64,000 bases of DNA. It comes from an uncultured Eubacteriales bacterium (GTDB taxonomy: Bacteria; Bacillota; Clostridia; Lachnospirales; CAG-274). A program made the translations under genes and the position numbers. Shown piece after piece: positions 18,009-28,346 of the stretch (the stretch's first letter is position 1; every line of letters begins with the position of its first letter). The stretch is from contig CASFCZ010000058.1 in the NCBI GenBank assembly GCA_949293325.1, positions 12,817 through 76,816 on the forward strand, in the 5' to 3' direction. Under the pieces are notes generated by a model, which made no database searches, was not told where the DNA came from, and worked only from the letters and a program-made list of their open reading frames with translations.

Positions 18009-18377
18009 TTACTTAAGTGTAACCTTAGCGCCAACTTCCTCAAGCTTAGCCTTGCAGTTATCAGCGTCATCCTTAGCAGCAGCTTCCTTGATGATCTTAG
18101 GAGCACCATCAACAAGCTCCTTAGCTTCCTTAAGACCAAGACCTGTAAGCTCTCTTACAACCTTGATAACCTTAATCTTCTCAGCGCCTACCTCAGTAAG
18201 CTCAACATCGAACTCAGTCTTCTCCTCGCCTGCATCAGCAGCACCAGCAGCAACCATAACGCCTGCAGCAGCAGATACGCCGAATTCTTCCTCAGCAGCC
18301 TTTACAAGGTCGTTAAGCTCTAAAACAGTAAGCTCTTTAACAGCTGCGATAATTTCTTCAATAGATAACTTAGCCAT
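18009..18377 (-). CDS. rplL: 50S ribosomal protein L7/L12
   Basis: Typical sequence ([34 protein letters not shown]). Confidence 0.97.
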   Translation of the reverse strand: MAKLSIEEIIAAVKELTVLELNDLVKAAEEEFGVSAAAGVMVAAGAADAGEEKTEFDVELTEVGAEKIKVIKVVRELTGLGLKEAKELVDGAPKIIKEAAAKDDADNCKAKLEEVGAKVTLK

Positions 18378-18437
18378 TTTTAATTTCCTCCGTATTATAA
18401 TTATTTTAAATGATTAAATATTTCGGTTTAGCACCAA

Positions 18438-18935
18438 TTAAGCCTGAGCCTCTGGTTCCTTTTCTGCAACAGCCTTGATAACACGTGCGAAAGAAGCCAT
18501 AGGTGACTTGAAGCTGCCAAGCAGCTTTGAGAGAAGAACCTCTCTTGAAGGGATGTCTGCAACAGCTGCCATACCCTTTGCATCGTAGCAAACGCCGTCA
18601 ATAACGCCTGCCTTGAACTCAAGCTGCTTTGCATCCTTCATAAACTTATTCATAATGCCTGCAGCAACTGTTGGATCCTCGTAGCAGATAGCAATAGCGC
18701 TTGGTCCCTCGAAGTAGTCCTTAAGACCCTCGAACTGAGTACCCTCAACAGCAAAGTTCATCATAGTGTTCTTGTAAACCTTATAGTCAACGCCTGCTTC
18801 TCTGAGCTTCTTACGGAGAGCTGTATCCTGCTCAACGGTAAGACCTCTGGCATCAACAAGTACAGCGGAAGTAGCCTTCTCAAGCTTTTCCTTGATCTCG
18901 TTTACAATGACCTGCTTTTGTTCAACCTTAGCCAA
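18438..18935 (-). CDS. rplJ: 50S ribosomal protein L10
   Basis: TTG start at 18935 with AGGAGG upstream (MAKVEQKQVIVNEI...). The longer ORF-track start at 19010 lies inside the leader. Confidence 0.9.
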   Translation of the reverse strand: MAKVEQKQVIVNEIKEKLEKATSAVLVDARGLTVEQDTALRKKLREAGVDYKVYKNTMMNFAVEGTQFEGLKDYFEGPSAIAICYEDPTVAAGIMNKFMKDAKQLEFKAGVIDGVCYDAKGMAAVADIPSREVLLSKLLGSFKSPMASFARVIKAVAEKEPEAQA

Positions 18936-19075
18936 AACTAACACCTCCTGTATTAAAGATGAATAGCCGTATAAAAAAACTCCCTGCCGATGACAGGGAG
19001 ATAAATACAAAGTAATTGTATCCTCGGTAGGTTGTATACGTTACGCTCAAAGGCACCTACTGTCTACGGCACAAT
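18936..19075 (-). promoter_or_regulatory. rplJ (L10) leader with attenuator hairpin
   Basis: About 140-nt 5'UTR between the promoter and rplJ. It contains ctccctgtcatcggcagggag followed by ttttttt (18973-19000). Position and terminator-type architecture match the Firmicute L10 autoregulatory leader. Confidence 0.55.
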
Positions 19076-19079
19076 GGGT

Positions 19080-19108
19080 ATTATAACAAAGGTAAATAGG
19101 CTTGTCAA
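19080..19108 (-). promoter_or_regulatory. sigma-A promoter of rplJL
   Basis: Minus strand reads TTGACA, 17 nt, TATAAT (perfect consensus). Confidence 0.75.
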
Positions 19109-19122
19109 GACTTTTTTTATCA

Positions 19123-21027
19123 TTATTCAAATTTTCTGTCATAGAGCAGTGCCGCTATAAGCACCACAAAGCAGGAGCCTGCATTATGTACCAATGCACC
19201 TGTAGTGGGATTAAGGAGTTGTGCAAGGGAGAGGATAATAGCAATAAAATTAATGCACATTGACAGGGAAATACTAAATTTAATTGTCCTGACTGTTGCA
19301 TCTGACAGCCTCTTAAGGTATGGAATCTTTGAAATATCGTCACTCATTAATGCAATATCCGCCGCCTCTATGGCAATGTCACTGCCCATGCTGCCCATAG
19401 CAACACTTACATCCGCCGTTTTAAGGGCAGGGGCATCATTTATTCCGTCACCTATCATGCACACAACATGATTTTCCTCCTGCAATCTCTTTATATTCCG
19501 CACCTTTTCCTCCGGCAGCAGCTCCGCCTCCAGGTGTGTTATTCCCACCTGATGTGCAAAATATTCGGCGGTCTTTTCGTTGTCCCCAGTCAGCAGCAGG
19601 GTGCTTGTGTCCATGGACTTAAGACGGCTGACCATATCCGCCGCCTCCCGTCGAAGCACATCCGACAGGGCAATTACACCTATCACCCCTCCCTCTTCCT
19701 CTGAACCCATACGGGCAATCAGCACAGATGCCTTTCCCTGACTGCGTAAAGTCTCCAGGGTGCTCTGAAGGTTATCATTTATGGTAATACCATTTTCTTC
19801 AATAAATTTTTCACTGCCGCATAGAAGCTTATACCCCCTAACCTCCCCATAAATACCCCTGCCCGGGGTCATTTTAAATACATCAGTATCCGAAAGGGTA
19901 AGTCCCTCACTTTTTCCCTTGTCAGTTATTGCCTTACCCAGGGGATGCTCACTTTTTGCCTCAGCAGAGGCGGCAAGGGAAAGGAGTTCCTCTCTGCTGA
20001 TGTCCCTGTCAAAGGAAATAATGTCACTGACCTCCAGCCTGCCGTAAGTAAGAGTACCCGTTTTATCAAAGGCAACGGTATCAACCTTGCCCATTTTCTC
20101 AAGGGCCTCACCTGATTTGATAATTACCCCGTGCTTAGTTGCCTGACCTATTGCCGCCATTACAGCTGTAGGGGTGGCAAGGACAAGGGCACAGGGACAG
20201 AACACCACAAGTACCGTAACGGCAGTTACTATATTGCCTGTAAATATGTACGCCGCCACTGCAATCATCAGTGCAACAGGTACAAGATAACTTGCACATT
20301 TATCGGCAATTCGCTGCATGGGCGCCTGTCTGTCCTCTGCCTCCTGCACCATACGTATGAGCTTTCCCAGGGAACTGTTTTCCCCAACCTTTGTGGCGGA
20401 TATGTCTATTGAGCCAAAGCAGTTAAGGGTACCGCTGTAAACCTCATCACCAATCTCCTTATCAACAGGCAGGGACTCCCCTGTCATTACAGACTGGTCA
20501 ACGGAGGTTGCTCCCGACAGGATTTTTCCGTCTACGGGAATGGTTTCTCCCGGAAGAATACGAAGTATATCCCCCTCACATATTTTATCAACGGGTATCA
20601 TTTCCTCCCTGCCCTCTGTAATTTTCCTGCCCATTTCAGGCACAAGACTGATAAGCTTTTTAAGTCCCTTTTTAGCCCTGTTGGCAGTTGCATCCTCTAA
20701 AATAGCACCTATCGCCATAATAAATGCCACTTCCCCCGCTGCAAACAAGTCACCTATGGCAATAGCCGCAATCATGGCTATTGAAATAAGCAGTGCAGAG
20801 GAAATTTTGCTTATGCCCCTGTTATGTATTATCCGCCACAGAGCCAGGTATAAAAGGGGCAATCCGCTTATTATAACGCTGACCCAAGCCGGATCAAAGG
20901 GCAGTAAATCAAAGTATACCATATCCGTCTTTCCCGAAAGATGGGGTATGAGATCAAGTAAAAGGAAAATTCCCGATACAATAGTCATGGGCAGCCCCGC
21001 CAGAATATCAATTATCTTTTTAACCAT
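19123..21027 (-). CDS. heavy-metal-translocating P1B-type ATPase (no N-terminal metal-binding domain seen)
   Basis: Motifs TGES (MTGESLPV), CPC (FCPCALVLATP), DKTGTLT and GDGINDAPAL. ATG at 21027 with a GGGAGGAAGG RBS. Confidence 0.85.
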   Translation of the reverse strand: MVKKIIDILAGLPMTIVSGIFLLLDLIPHLSGKTDMVYFDLLPFDPAWVSVIISGLPLLYLALWRIIHNRGISKISSALLISIAMIAAIAIGDLFAAGEVAFIMAIGAILEDATANRAKKGLKKLISLVPEMGRKITEGREEMIPVDKICEGDILRILPGETIPVDGKILSGATSVDQSVMTGESLPVDKEIGDEVYSGTLNCFGSIDISATKVGENSSLGKLIRMVQEAEDRQAPMQRIADKCASYLVPVALMIAVAAYIFTGNIVTAVTVLVVFCPCALVLATPTAVMAAIGQATKHGVIIKSGEALEKMGKVDTVAFDKTGTLTYGRLEVSDIISFDRDISREELLSLAASAEAKSEHPLGKAITDKGKSEGLTLSDTDVFKMTPGRGIYGEVRGYKLLCGSEKFIEENGITINDNLQSTLETLRSQGKASVLIARMGSEEEGGVIGVIALSDVLRREAADMVSRLKSMDTSTLLLTGDNEKTAEYFAHQVGITHLEAELLPEEKVRNIKRLQEENHVVCMIGDGINDAPALKTADVSVAMGSMGSDIAIEAADIALMSDDISKIPYLKRLSDATVRTIKFSISLSMCINFIAIILSLAQLLNPTTGALVHNAGSCFVVLIAALLYDRKFE

Positions 21028-21202
21028 ATGCCTTCCTCCCATTGTCCGTATTGACAAAATTATATTTTTTCCATACAATAAATTTATTAACAAACACATT
21101 GTTTGCTTTTATTCTATGTGCCTGAAATAATAATTACAAGGTATAATTTACAGACTTTGTTTAAAAGGGAACATTTTACCTGATTTGTATGGAGGGAGTA
21201 TT

Positions 21203-21754
21203 ATGGACAGAAGACAGAGGAGAACCAGAACCGCTATTTTTAAAGCATTTTCGGAACTGCTGTCAGAAAAAAGCTACAGCAAAATAACCGTACAGGAGAT
21301 AATAGACAGGGCAGATGTGGGACGCACCACCTTCTACAGTCATTTTGAAACCAAGGACGAACTGCTTAAGGAGCTGTGCAGGGAGTTATTCGGTCATATC
21401 ATTTCAACTGCAATGGACTACACCCATACCCACGGCGTACAACATCACGGTTCTGTATATTGGCATCTGCTGAGCCATTTAAAGGAGAATGACCTGAATA
21501 TCCTGGGACTGCTGTCAGGAGAAAGCAGTGAAATATTTCTCCGGTATTTTAAGGACAGTTTAAACCATCTGACGGAAAACCACTTCAGGGCGGAAATATC
21601 AGATTCCCCTCTGCCGGGGGACTTTTTGATTAATCACATATCCGGCAGCTTTGTTGAAATGGTGCTGTGGTGGATCAAAGGCAGAATGAAACAGACACCC
21701 GAGGAGCTGGACAAATATTTTGAAGGAGTAATTTTACCCATATTTGACAGATAA
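21203..21754 (+). CDS. TetR/AcrR-family transcriptional regulator
   Basis: ATG at 21203 with a GGAGGGA RBS. HTH segment YSKITVQEIIDRADVGRTTFYSHF. Divergent from the ATPase gene. Confidence 0.85.
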   Translation: MDRRQRRTRTAIFKAFSELLSEKSYSKITVQEIIDRADVGRTTFYSHFETKDELLKELCRELFGHIISTAMDYTHTHGVQHHGSVYWHLLSHLKENDLNILGLLSGESSEIFLRYFKDSLNHLTENHFRAEISDSPLPGDFLINHISGSFVEMVLWWIKGRMKQTPEELDKYFEGVILPIFDR

Positions 21755-21804
21755 AAAAATACCCTTTGCCAGGAAAACATCTTCCGAAGCAAAGGGTAAA
21801 AAAA
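21753..21804. terminator. bidirectional terminator between the TetR gene and argD
   Basis: 10-bp stem taccctttgc/gcaaagggta, flanked by A-runs and T-runs on both sides. Confidence 0.65.
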
Positions 21805-22974
21805 TCAATTCTGTGAAAGTGCAATATCCAGTATATCCATAGCCTTGTCAATATCCTCCTTACCTGCAATAAGGGAAGGTACAAAACGGATAATACTGCT
21901 GCCTGCATTAACAAGAAGCAGTCCGTTGTCTATGGCTGTGGCAATAACAGGGGCAACAGGTTTATTAAGCTCTATACCCTGCATAAAGCCTATACCTCTT
22001 ACATCAAGTATACAATCATGCTTTGCCTTAAGCTCATTAAGCTTTTCTGTAAGGTACTTACCGTTAGTCTTGACATTATCCAGAAGACCTCCCAGCAGCT
22101 CATCCACAACCACATTGCCTGCTGCTGTTGCAAGGGGATTGCCGCCGAATGTAGAGGCATGGTCACCTGCCTTAAATACATCGGCAACCCTTTGCTTAGC
22201 CATAACAACTCCGCAGGGGATACCACCTGCTATACCCTTTGCCATTGACATAACATCAGGCACAACACCAAAGGTCTGATATGCAAAGAGAGTACCCAGA
22301 CGGCCAACACCGCACTGTACCTCATCAAACATAAGGAGAATATCCTTTTCATCACAAAGCTTCCTTACCGCCTTAAGATATTCTGTATCCGCAGGGTGGA
22401 TACCACCCTCTCCCTGTACAGGCTCCATAAGGATTGCACAGGTATTGTCCGTAACGGCAGCCTTAAGGGAATCTATGTCGTTAAAATCCGCATACTTGAT
22501 ATGTGGGAACATATCTCCGAAATGCTCCTGATAATGGGACTGTCCGGTTGCGGTAACAGCAGCAAAGGTACGGCCGTGGAAGGAGTGATTCATGGTTATG
22601 ATTTCCTGTCTGCCTGTTTTGCTGCCGTAACGGCGGGCAAGCTTTAAAGCACCCTCTATGGACTCGGCACCGCTGTTACAGAAGAACACCTTATCCAGCT
22701 CACCGTTTTCCACCAGTTTCTGAGCAAGGGAAACCTGTGGGTCTGTCCAGTAAAGGTTAGACACATGGATAAGCCTTGCAGCCTGCTCGGTAATTGCCTT
22801 CACAAGCTTTGGGTGATTATGTCCCAGGGAATTTACCGCTATACCTGCCACAAAGTCAAGGTATTCCTTACCGTGTTCATCATACACGTACATACCCCTG
22901 CCGGCGGCCAGGGTAATTGGAAAGCGGTTATAGGTGTGCATTATATATTTTTCGCCAAGTTCAGCAGTAGTCAT
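21805..22974 (-). CDS. argD: acetylornithine aminotransferase
   Basis: Class-III aminotransferase with PLP-lysine context DVMSMAKGIAGG. Last gene of the argCJBD operon. Confidence 0.9.
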   Translation of the reverse strand: MTTAELGEKYIMHTYNRFPITLAAGRGMYVYDEHGKEYLDFVAGIAVNSLGHNHPKLVKAITEQAARLIHVSNLYWTDPQVSLAQKLVENGELDKVFFCNSGAESIEGALKLARRYGSKTGRQEIITMNHSFHGRTFAAVTATGQSHYQEHFGDMFPHIKYADFNDIDSLKAAVTDNTCAILMEPVQGEGGIHPADTEYLKAVRKLCDEKDILLMFDEVQCGVGRLGTLFAYQTFGVVPDVMSMAKGIAGGIPCGVVMAKQRVADVFKAGDHASTFGGNPLATAAGNVVVDELLGGLLDNVKTNGKYLTEKLNELKAKHDCILDVRGIGFMQGIELNKPVAPVIATAIDNGLLLVNAGSSIIRFVPSLIAGKEDIDKAMDILDIALSQN

Positions 22975-22988
22975 TTTAAATCCTCCAA

Positions 22989-23852
22989 TCAGCTTTTAAT
23001 AAGGGTACCGATACCCTCATTGGTAAATATCTCCATAATAAGGCAATGGGGTATACGTCCGTCAAGTATATGTACATTTGGCACTCCCGCGTCAAGTCCT
23101 GCAATACAGCAGGCAACCTTAGGCAGCATGCCGCCGGAAATAGCACCTGAATCAATCATCTTATGTACCTCATCAATATGTATAACGGATACAACAGAGG
23201 AAGGGTCATTGACATCGGCAAGTATACCGGGCACGTCGGTAACAAACACCAGCTTTTCCGCATGGAGTGCCCCTGCTATTGCAACTGCGGCATAGTCCGC
23301 ATTGACATTGTAGCTGTTACCCTTATCATCAACACCTATTGAAGAAATAACAGGTACAAAGTCATTGTCAATAAGGGACTGTATAAGGGTAGGGTCAACA
23401 TCCTTTACATCTCCTACAAAGCCTATATCCTCACCACCGGGACAGAGCTTTTCCACCTGAAGTGTATTGGAATCCTTACCGCAGATACCCACCGCATTAA
23501 TGCCGTGAAGGCAAAGCTCCGCAGTCAGGTTTTTATTGATTTTACCTGCAAGAACCTCCTGGACTATCTCCATTGTTTCCCCGTCGGTTACCCTCAGTCC
23601 GTTTCTGAACTTTGGCTCCTTACCAACCTTTTCAAGTGCCTTGTTAATGTCCTTGCCCCCGCCGTGAACTACAACAGGCTTAAAGCCTACGTACTTCATA
23701 AGAGCTATATCCTTAATCAGGGTTTCCTTTATATCCTCATTTACAAGGGCAGCACCGCCGTACTTTATAACAACGGTAATACCCGAAAACTCCCTTATAT
23801 ATGGAAGTGCCTCTGTGAGGACCTCCGCCTTTTTGATTATTTCCTCATACAT
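22989..23852 (-). CDS. argB: acetylglutamate kinase
   Basis: AAK-fold motifs VIKYGGA, VVVHGGG and NVNAD. Confidence 0.93.
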   Translation of the reverse strand: MYEEIIKKAEVLTEALPYIREFSGITVVIKYGGAALVNEDIKETLIKDIALMKYVGFKPVVVHGGGKDINKALEKVGKEPKFRNGLRVTDGETMEIVQEVLAGKINKNLTAELCLHGINAVGICGKDSNTLQVEKLCPGGEDIGFVGDVKDVDPTLIQSLIDNDFVPVISSIGVDDKGNSYNVNADYAAVAIAGALHAEKLVFVTDVPGILADVNDPSSVVSVIHIDEVHKMIDSGAISGGMLPKVACCIAGLDAGVPNVHILDGRIPHCLIMEIFTNEGIGTLIKS

Positions 23853-23870
23853 ATTCTTTTCTCTCCCGAA

Positions 23871-25085
23871 TTATGAACGGTAATCGCCGTTTATCTTTAC
23901 ATAGTCATAGGTAAGGTCACAGCCCCATGCAACGGCCTCGGAACTGCCCTCACTAAGTAAAATATCTATATACACCTTATGTTCCTTAAGTATCTTTGAA
24001 GCAAGCTCCTCATCAAATACAATAGGAGTGCCCTTATCCATAAGCTTGATTTCTCCACCTTCACTGCGGAAAAGTATGGTAACCTCCATAGGGTCAAACT
24101 CTGCCCCTGAGTAGCCCATGGCACAAAGTACACGTCCCCAGTTGGCATCCTCACCGAAAAGAGCCGCCTTAAAGAGGTTTGATGAGGTTACTGAAGATGC
24201 TATCTTCCTTGCGTCCTCGTTATTTGCCGCACCTGTTACATGAACCTCCATAAGCTTTGTTGCGCCCTCGCCGTCGTCAACCACTTTAATTGCAAGGTCC
24301 TTACATACAGCCATAAGGGCTTCCTTAAAGGCAGCATAGTCCTCATTCTCTGTGGTTATCTCATTATTCTGAGCCATACCGTTTGCAAGGAGAAGTACTG
24401 TATCGTTAGTTGAGGTATCACCGTCAACTGTAATCATGTTAAAGGTGTCTGCAACACATTCCTTAAGTGCCTTATCCAGCAATGGTTTTGAAATGGCACA
24501 ATCAGTTGTAATAAAGCAAAGCATGGTTGCCATATTGGGGTTAATCATACCTGAGCCCTTGGCAATACCGCCTATGGTTACCTTTTTGCCTCCAAGGTCT
24601 ATTTCAACTGCTATGGTCTTTGGATATGTATCCGTTGTAAGTATCGCCTCTGCGGCAGCTGCACCGCTTTCAAAATCATCTCCCAGTAAAGGGTATGTAA
24701 TCTTTACACCATTAAGGAGCTTATCCATCTCCAGATTAACACCTATAACTCCTGTGGAACATACAAGAACATTTTCCGCTCCACAGCCTATAAGCTCTCC
24801 CATACAGGCAGCTGTTGCCTTTGCATCAGCCAGTCCCTGCTCACCTGTACAGGCATTGGCATTACCGCTGTTTACTGCAATACCACTTATTTTATTATTT
24901 ATATTCTCCATATCCCAGAGGACAGGAGCGGCCTTTACTATATTAGAAGTAAAGCAGCCTGCGGCAGTGGCAGGTACCTCACTTGTAATAAGAGCCATAT
25001 CCTTTTTTACCTTTTTAAGTCCTACGGCATTGCCTGCTGCTTTAAAACCTGCCGCACTTGTTACGTTTCCGTTAAAAACTTTCAT
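23871..25085 (-). CDS. argJ: bifunctional ornithine acetyltransferase / N-acetylglutamate synthase
   Basis: Autoprocessing-site context NMATMLCFITTD. ATG at 25085 with GGAGG 7 nt upstream. Confidence 0.93.
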   Translation of the reverse strand: MKVFNGNVTSAAGFKAAGNAVGLKKVKKDMALITSEVPATAAGCFTSNIVKAAPVLWDMENINNKISGIAVNSGNANACTGEQGLADAKATAACMGELIGCGAENVLVCSTGVIGVNLEMDKLLNGVKITYPLLGDDFESGAAAAEAILTTDTYPKTIAVEIDLGGKKVTIGGIAKGSGMINPNMATMLCFITTDCAISKPLLDKALKECVADTFNMITVDGDTSTNDTVLLLANGMAQNNEITTENEDYAAFKEALMAVCKDLAIKVVDDGEGATKLMEVHVTGAANNEDARKIASSVTSSNLFKAALFGEDANWGRVLCAMGYSGAEFDPMEVTILFRSEGGEIKLMDKGTPIVFDEELASKILKEHKVYIDILLSEGSSEAVAWGCDLTYDYVKINGDYRS

Positions 25086-25100
25086 TACCACACCTCCAAT

Positions 25101-26138
25101 TTAAGCCGGGAAGATCGGTACATAATCCAGTCCCGTTTTTTCGTCTATATCAAACAAAATATTCATATTCTGCACAGCCTGACCTGCGGCACCCTTAAAG
25201 AGATTATCCAGAGCACCAATAACAATAACTCTGCCTGTACGCTTATCTACCGTAAAGCCAATGTCAACGAAGTTTGAACCCTTAACCCACTTGGTTTCAG
25301 GGAAAGTGCCCTCCTTTGTAAGGCGGATAAAGTATTCCTTACCATAGTACTTTTCATAGGCAGCCCTTATATCCTCATAGCTGTAGCTATCCTTAAGGGT
25401 TGCATAGCAGGTAGCAAGTATGCCCCTGTCCATAGGAATAAGGTGAGGGGTAAAGCTGATAACAACTTCCTGACCTGCCGCCTTTGAAAGCTGCTCCTCT
25501 ATTTCAGGAGTATGTCTGTGGGAGGCTATCTTATATGCCTTTACAGACTCATTAAGCTCGCAATAGTGGTTTGGCAGGGAAAGGGAACGTCCTGCTCCTG
25601 TAGCTCCTGACTTTGCATCTATTATAATAGAAGAAAGGTCTACCATACCCTCCTTAACAAGTGGGTACATGGAAAGGATTGAACAGGTTGTATAACAGCC
25701 GGGATTAGCAATTATACGTCTGCCCTTTATCTTATCTCTGTTGATTTCGCAAAGGCCATAAACAGCCTCCGGAAGAATATCCTTTGAATAGTGGGTTGTA
25801 TACCACTTTTCGTATGTATCAAGATCACTTAATCTGAAGTCGGCACCAAGGTCAATAACCTTACACTTGGAAAGAACAGACTCTCTGACCTTTTTGCTTG
25901 CCACGCCATGGGGGAGGGCAAGGAAGATAACATCGCACTCCTCAGCCATTTTCTCTATATCCTCCTCCTCACATATATAAGGAAGGTGTCTGTAACTTTC
26001 ATAAACCTCATCATATTTTTTACCGGCATAGCTCTGTGAGGTAAGGCAGGTAATCTCTGCCTGAGGGTGAGAGGTCAAAAGCCTTACAAGCTCACTTCCG
26101 GCATAGCCTGTAGCTCCTATAATACCGGTCTTAATCAT
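25101..26138 (-). CDS. argC: N-acetyl-gamma-glutamyl-phosphate reductase
   Basis: Motif GATGYAG and catalytic Cys context IANPGCYTT. ATG at 26138 is better spaced from GGAG than 26147. Confidence 0.93.
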   Translation of the reverse strand: MIKTGIIGATGYAGSELVRLLTSHPQAEITCLTSQSYAGKKYDEVYESYRHLPYICEEEDIEKMAEECDVIFLALPHGVASKKVRESVLSKCKVIDLGADFRLSDLDTYEKWYTTHYSKDILPEAVYGLCEINRDKIKGRRIIANPGCYTTCSILSMYPLVKEGMVDLSSIIIDAKSGATGAGRSLSLPNHYCELNESVKAYKIASHRHTPEIEEQLSKAAGQEVVISFTPHLIPMDRGILATCYATLKDSYSYEDIRAAYEKYYGKEYFIRLTKEGTFPETKWVKGSNFVDIGFTVDKRTGRVIVIGALDNLFKGAAGQAVQNMNILFDIDEKTGLDYVPIFPA

Positions 26139-26318
26139 AAAAATCATCTCCGTAAATGTATAATTAAAAATGCTGATTGCCTTAAAATACTATCAGAAAT
26201 ATAGTATATACCAATTTTCCCAAAAAGTACAGGGAAAAAACTATTTTATGATTATACATCATTCGGTTATATTATGCAACACTTTTTTGAAAAAACTTGT
26301 TTTTTGTTGAATTTGTAC

Positions 26319-26347
26319 TTGCATATCCCTTGTATATAGTGTATAAT
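26319..26347 (+). promoter_or_regulatory. candidate sigma-A promoter of argG
   Basis: TTGCAT, 17 nt, TATAAT, 33 nt upstream of the argG ATG. Confidence 0.5.
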
Positions 26348-26379
26348 TAGGACAAATTTAATTTTGGGAGGAAAGAAAC

Positions 26380-27600
26380 ATGAAGATTGTACTTGCATAT
26401 TCCGGCGGTCTTGACACCTCCGTTATTATCCCCTGGCTTAAGGAAAACTATGATGCCGAGGTTATAGCCGCTTGTATTAATGTAGGACTTACAGAAAAGG
26501 AAACAGACGGTCTTGAGGAAAAGGCTCTTAAGCAGGGCGCATCCAAGATATATGTTGAGGATGTACGTGAGGAGCTTATTACAGACTACATTTATCCTAT
26601 GGTAAAGGCAGGCTGTGTATATGAGGACAAGTACCTTTTAGGTACATCCATTGCACGTCCCCTTATTGCAAAGAAGCTTGTTGATATAGCCCTTAAGGAG
26701 GGTGCAGACGCTATCTGCCACGGTGCAACAGGTAAGGGCAACGACCAGATACGTTTTGAGCTTACTATTAAGGCACTTGCTCCACAGCTTAAGATCATTG
26801 CTGCATGGAGGGACGACAAGTGGACATTACAGTCAAGGGAGGACGAAATTCAGTACCTTCTTGACAGAGGCATTGAGGTGCCTATGAAGAAGGAGGACTC
26901 CTACTCAAGGGATTCCAACCTCTGGCACATCAGCCACGAGGGACTTGACCTTGAGGATCCCGCAAACGAGCCTAAGTATGATACACTCTTAAAGCTTGGT
27001 GTATCCCCTGAGCAGGCTCCTGACAAGGCTACATATGTTGAAATCGGTTTTGAAAAGGGTATCCCCGTTACACTTGACGGTAAGAAGGTATCTCCTCTGG
27101 AGCTTATGACATACCTTAACAAGGTAGGCGGCGAAAACGGCATCGGTATTACTGACCTTGTTGAAAACCGTGTTGTAGGTATGAAGTCAAGGGGTGTATA
27201 TGAAACTCCCGGCGGATCTATCCTTTATGCAGCTCACAGGGATCTTGAATATCTCTGCCTTGACAGAGCTACTACAGAATATAAGGAAGAAATCAGAATT
27301 AAGTATGCTGACCTTATCTACAGGGGCGAATGGTTCACTCCTTTAAGGGAAGCACTTGCTGCCTTTGTTGATGTTACTCAGGAGTATGTAACAGGTACTG
27401 CAAAGCTTAAGCTTTACAAGGGTAACATAATCAGTGCAGGTGTTACTTCACCTTACAGCCTCTACAGCGGTGACCTTGCAAGCTTCACCACAGGTGACCA
27501 CTACTCACACAAGGATGCAGAGGGCTTTATTACTTTAATGGGACTTCCACTTAAGGTAAGGGCTTTAATGCTTCAGAACGCTGAAAAGAATAACAAGTAA
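26380..27600 (+). CDS. argG: argininosuccinate synthase
   Basis: Motifs AYSGGLDTS and [14 protein letters not shown]. Confidence 0.97.
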   Translation: MKIVLAYSGGLDTSVIIPWLKENYDAEVIAACINVGLTEKETDGLEEKALKQGASKIYVEDVREELITDYIYPMVKAGCVYEDKYLLGTSIARPLIAKKLVDIALKEGADAICHGATGKGNDQIRFELTIKALAPQLKIIAAWRDDKWTLQSREDEIQYLLDRGIEVPMKKEDSYSRDSNLWHISHEGLDLEDPANEPKYDTLLKLGVSPEQAPDKATYVEIGFEKGIPVTLDGKKVSPLELMTYLNKVGGENGIGITDLVENRVVGMKSRGVYETPGGSILYAAHRDLEYLCLDRATTEYKEEIRIKYADLIYRGEWFTPLREALAAFVDVTQEYVTGTAKLKLYKGNIISAGVTSPYSLYSGDLASFTTGDHYSHKDAEGFITLMGLPLKVRALMLQNAEKNNK

Positions 27601-27607
27601 TATAAAT

Positions 27608-27639
27608 TAAGCCGAAGGCATATGCCTTCGGCTTTTTTA
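27608..27639. terminator. bidirectional terminator shared by argG and the pentapeptide gene
   Basis: Stem agccgaaggca/tgccttcggct followed by tttttt. Confidence 0.8.
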
Positions 27640-28248
27640 TTAATCCACTATTTCAAGACCCATAAGCCTTGCAAGCTCCACTGCCTGAAGGGCATTGACC
27701 TTAACTCCCCTGAGCTCCGAAAGCCCATCGGAAAGAATTATACCCTTTATACTGCTGTTGGAAAAATCAACTCCCTTAAGGGGAGTTTTAAAAAAGTCAA
27801 CTCCGTCAAGTATATTGTTTTCAAAAACACTCTTTGAAATTTTACACTCCGAAAGAATTGCCTCCCCCATGTTACAGGAGTCAACACGGCTGTTTTTCCA
27901 GCCGCTGCCATTAAAATTTGCATATTTCAAACAACAATCGGAAAAACCCGTATTTTTAAAAAGTGCTGAATTAAATCCACATCCATCTGCCTTTGAATCA
28001 ATGAATTTACAGTCCTTAAAAAATCCATTTTCAAAATCACACATGGCAAACAGACAGCTTCTGAAGGTCACATCCACAAAGGAACTGCTTTCAAATGTGC
28101 AGCCCTCAAAGCAACAACCCTCAAATACAGTGTAACATATATCAAAGCGGCTGAAATCAGCTGATGATATTTTATCCCCACTGAAAGACAGCCCCTTTAT
28201 TTCTTTTTCATCTGTCAGAAAATTCTCAATTTTTTCCATATCATTCAA
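27640..28248 (-). CDS. pentapeptide-repeat protein, Qnr/EfsQnr-like
   Basis: Continuous A(D/N)LXX-type repeats. The C-terminal tail LRGVKVNALQAVELARLMGLEIV resembles the EfsQnr tail as I recall it. Confidence 0.75.
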   Translation of the reverse strand: MNDMEKIENFLTDEKEIKGLSFSGDKISSADFSRFDICYTVFEGCCFEGCTFESSSFVDVTFRSCLFAMCDFENGFFKDCKFIDSKADGCGFNSALFKNTGFSDCCLKYANFNGSGWKNSRVDSCNMGEAILSECKISKSVFENNILDGVDFFKTPLKGVDFSNSSIKGIILSDGLSELRGVKVNALQAVELARLMGLEIVD

Positions 28249-28346
28249 ATATCCCTTTATAAAAAAATAACCGCCAAGATCCCATAAAGACCGGCAGTTA
28301 TTTTTTTATTTACGAAAAACCAACCACTACGGCTGATTTGTTTCCA

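Noticed and set aside
13396-25104. Long antisense or alternate-frame ORFs within conserved genes (for example 13396-14025, 15348-16055, 16140-16583, 20540-21130, 22765-23295, 24436-25104)
   Set aside because: Each overlaps a gene with unmistakable family motifs (tsaC, radA, P-type ATPase, argD/argB, argJ) on the other strand or frame. None has an RBS or a recognisable domain.
26248-26262. Palindrome atgattatacatcat in the argC/argG divergent region as an ArgR/AhrC ARG box
   Set aside because: It has only 5-bp arms in AT-rich DNA and a poor match to the TGAAT-N4-ATTCA type core. I cannot distinguish it from chance without a genome-wide motif model.
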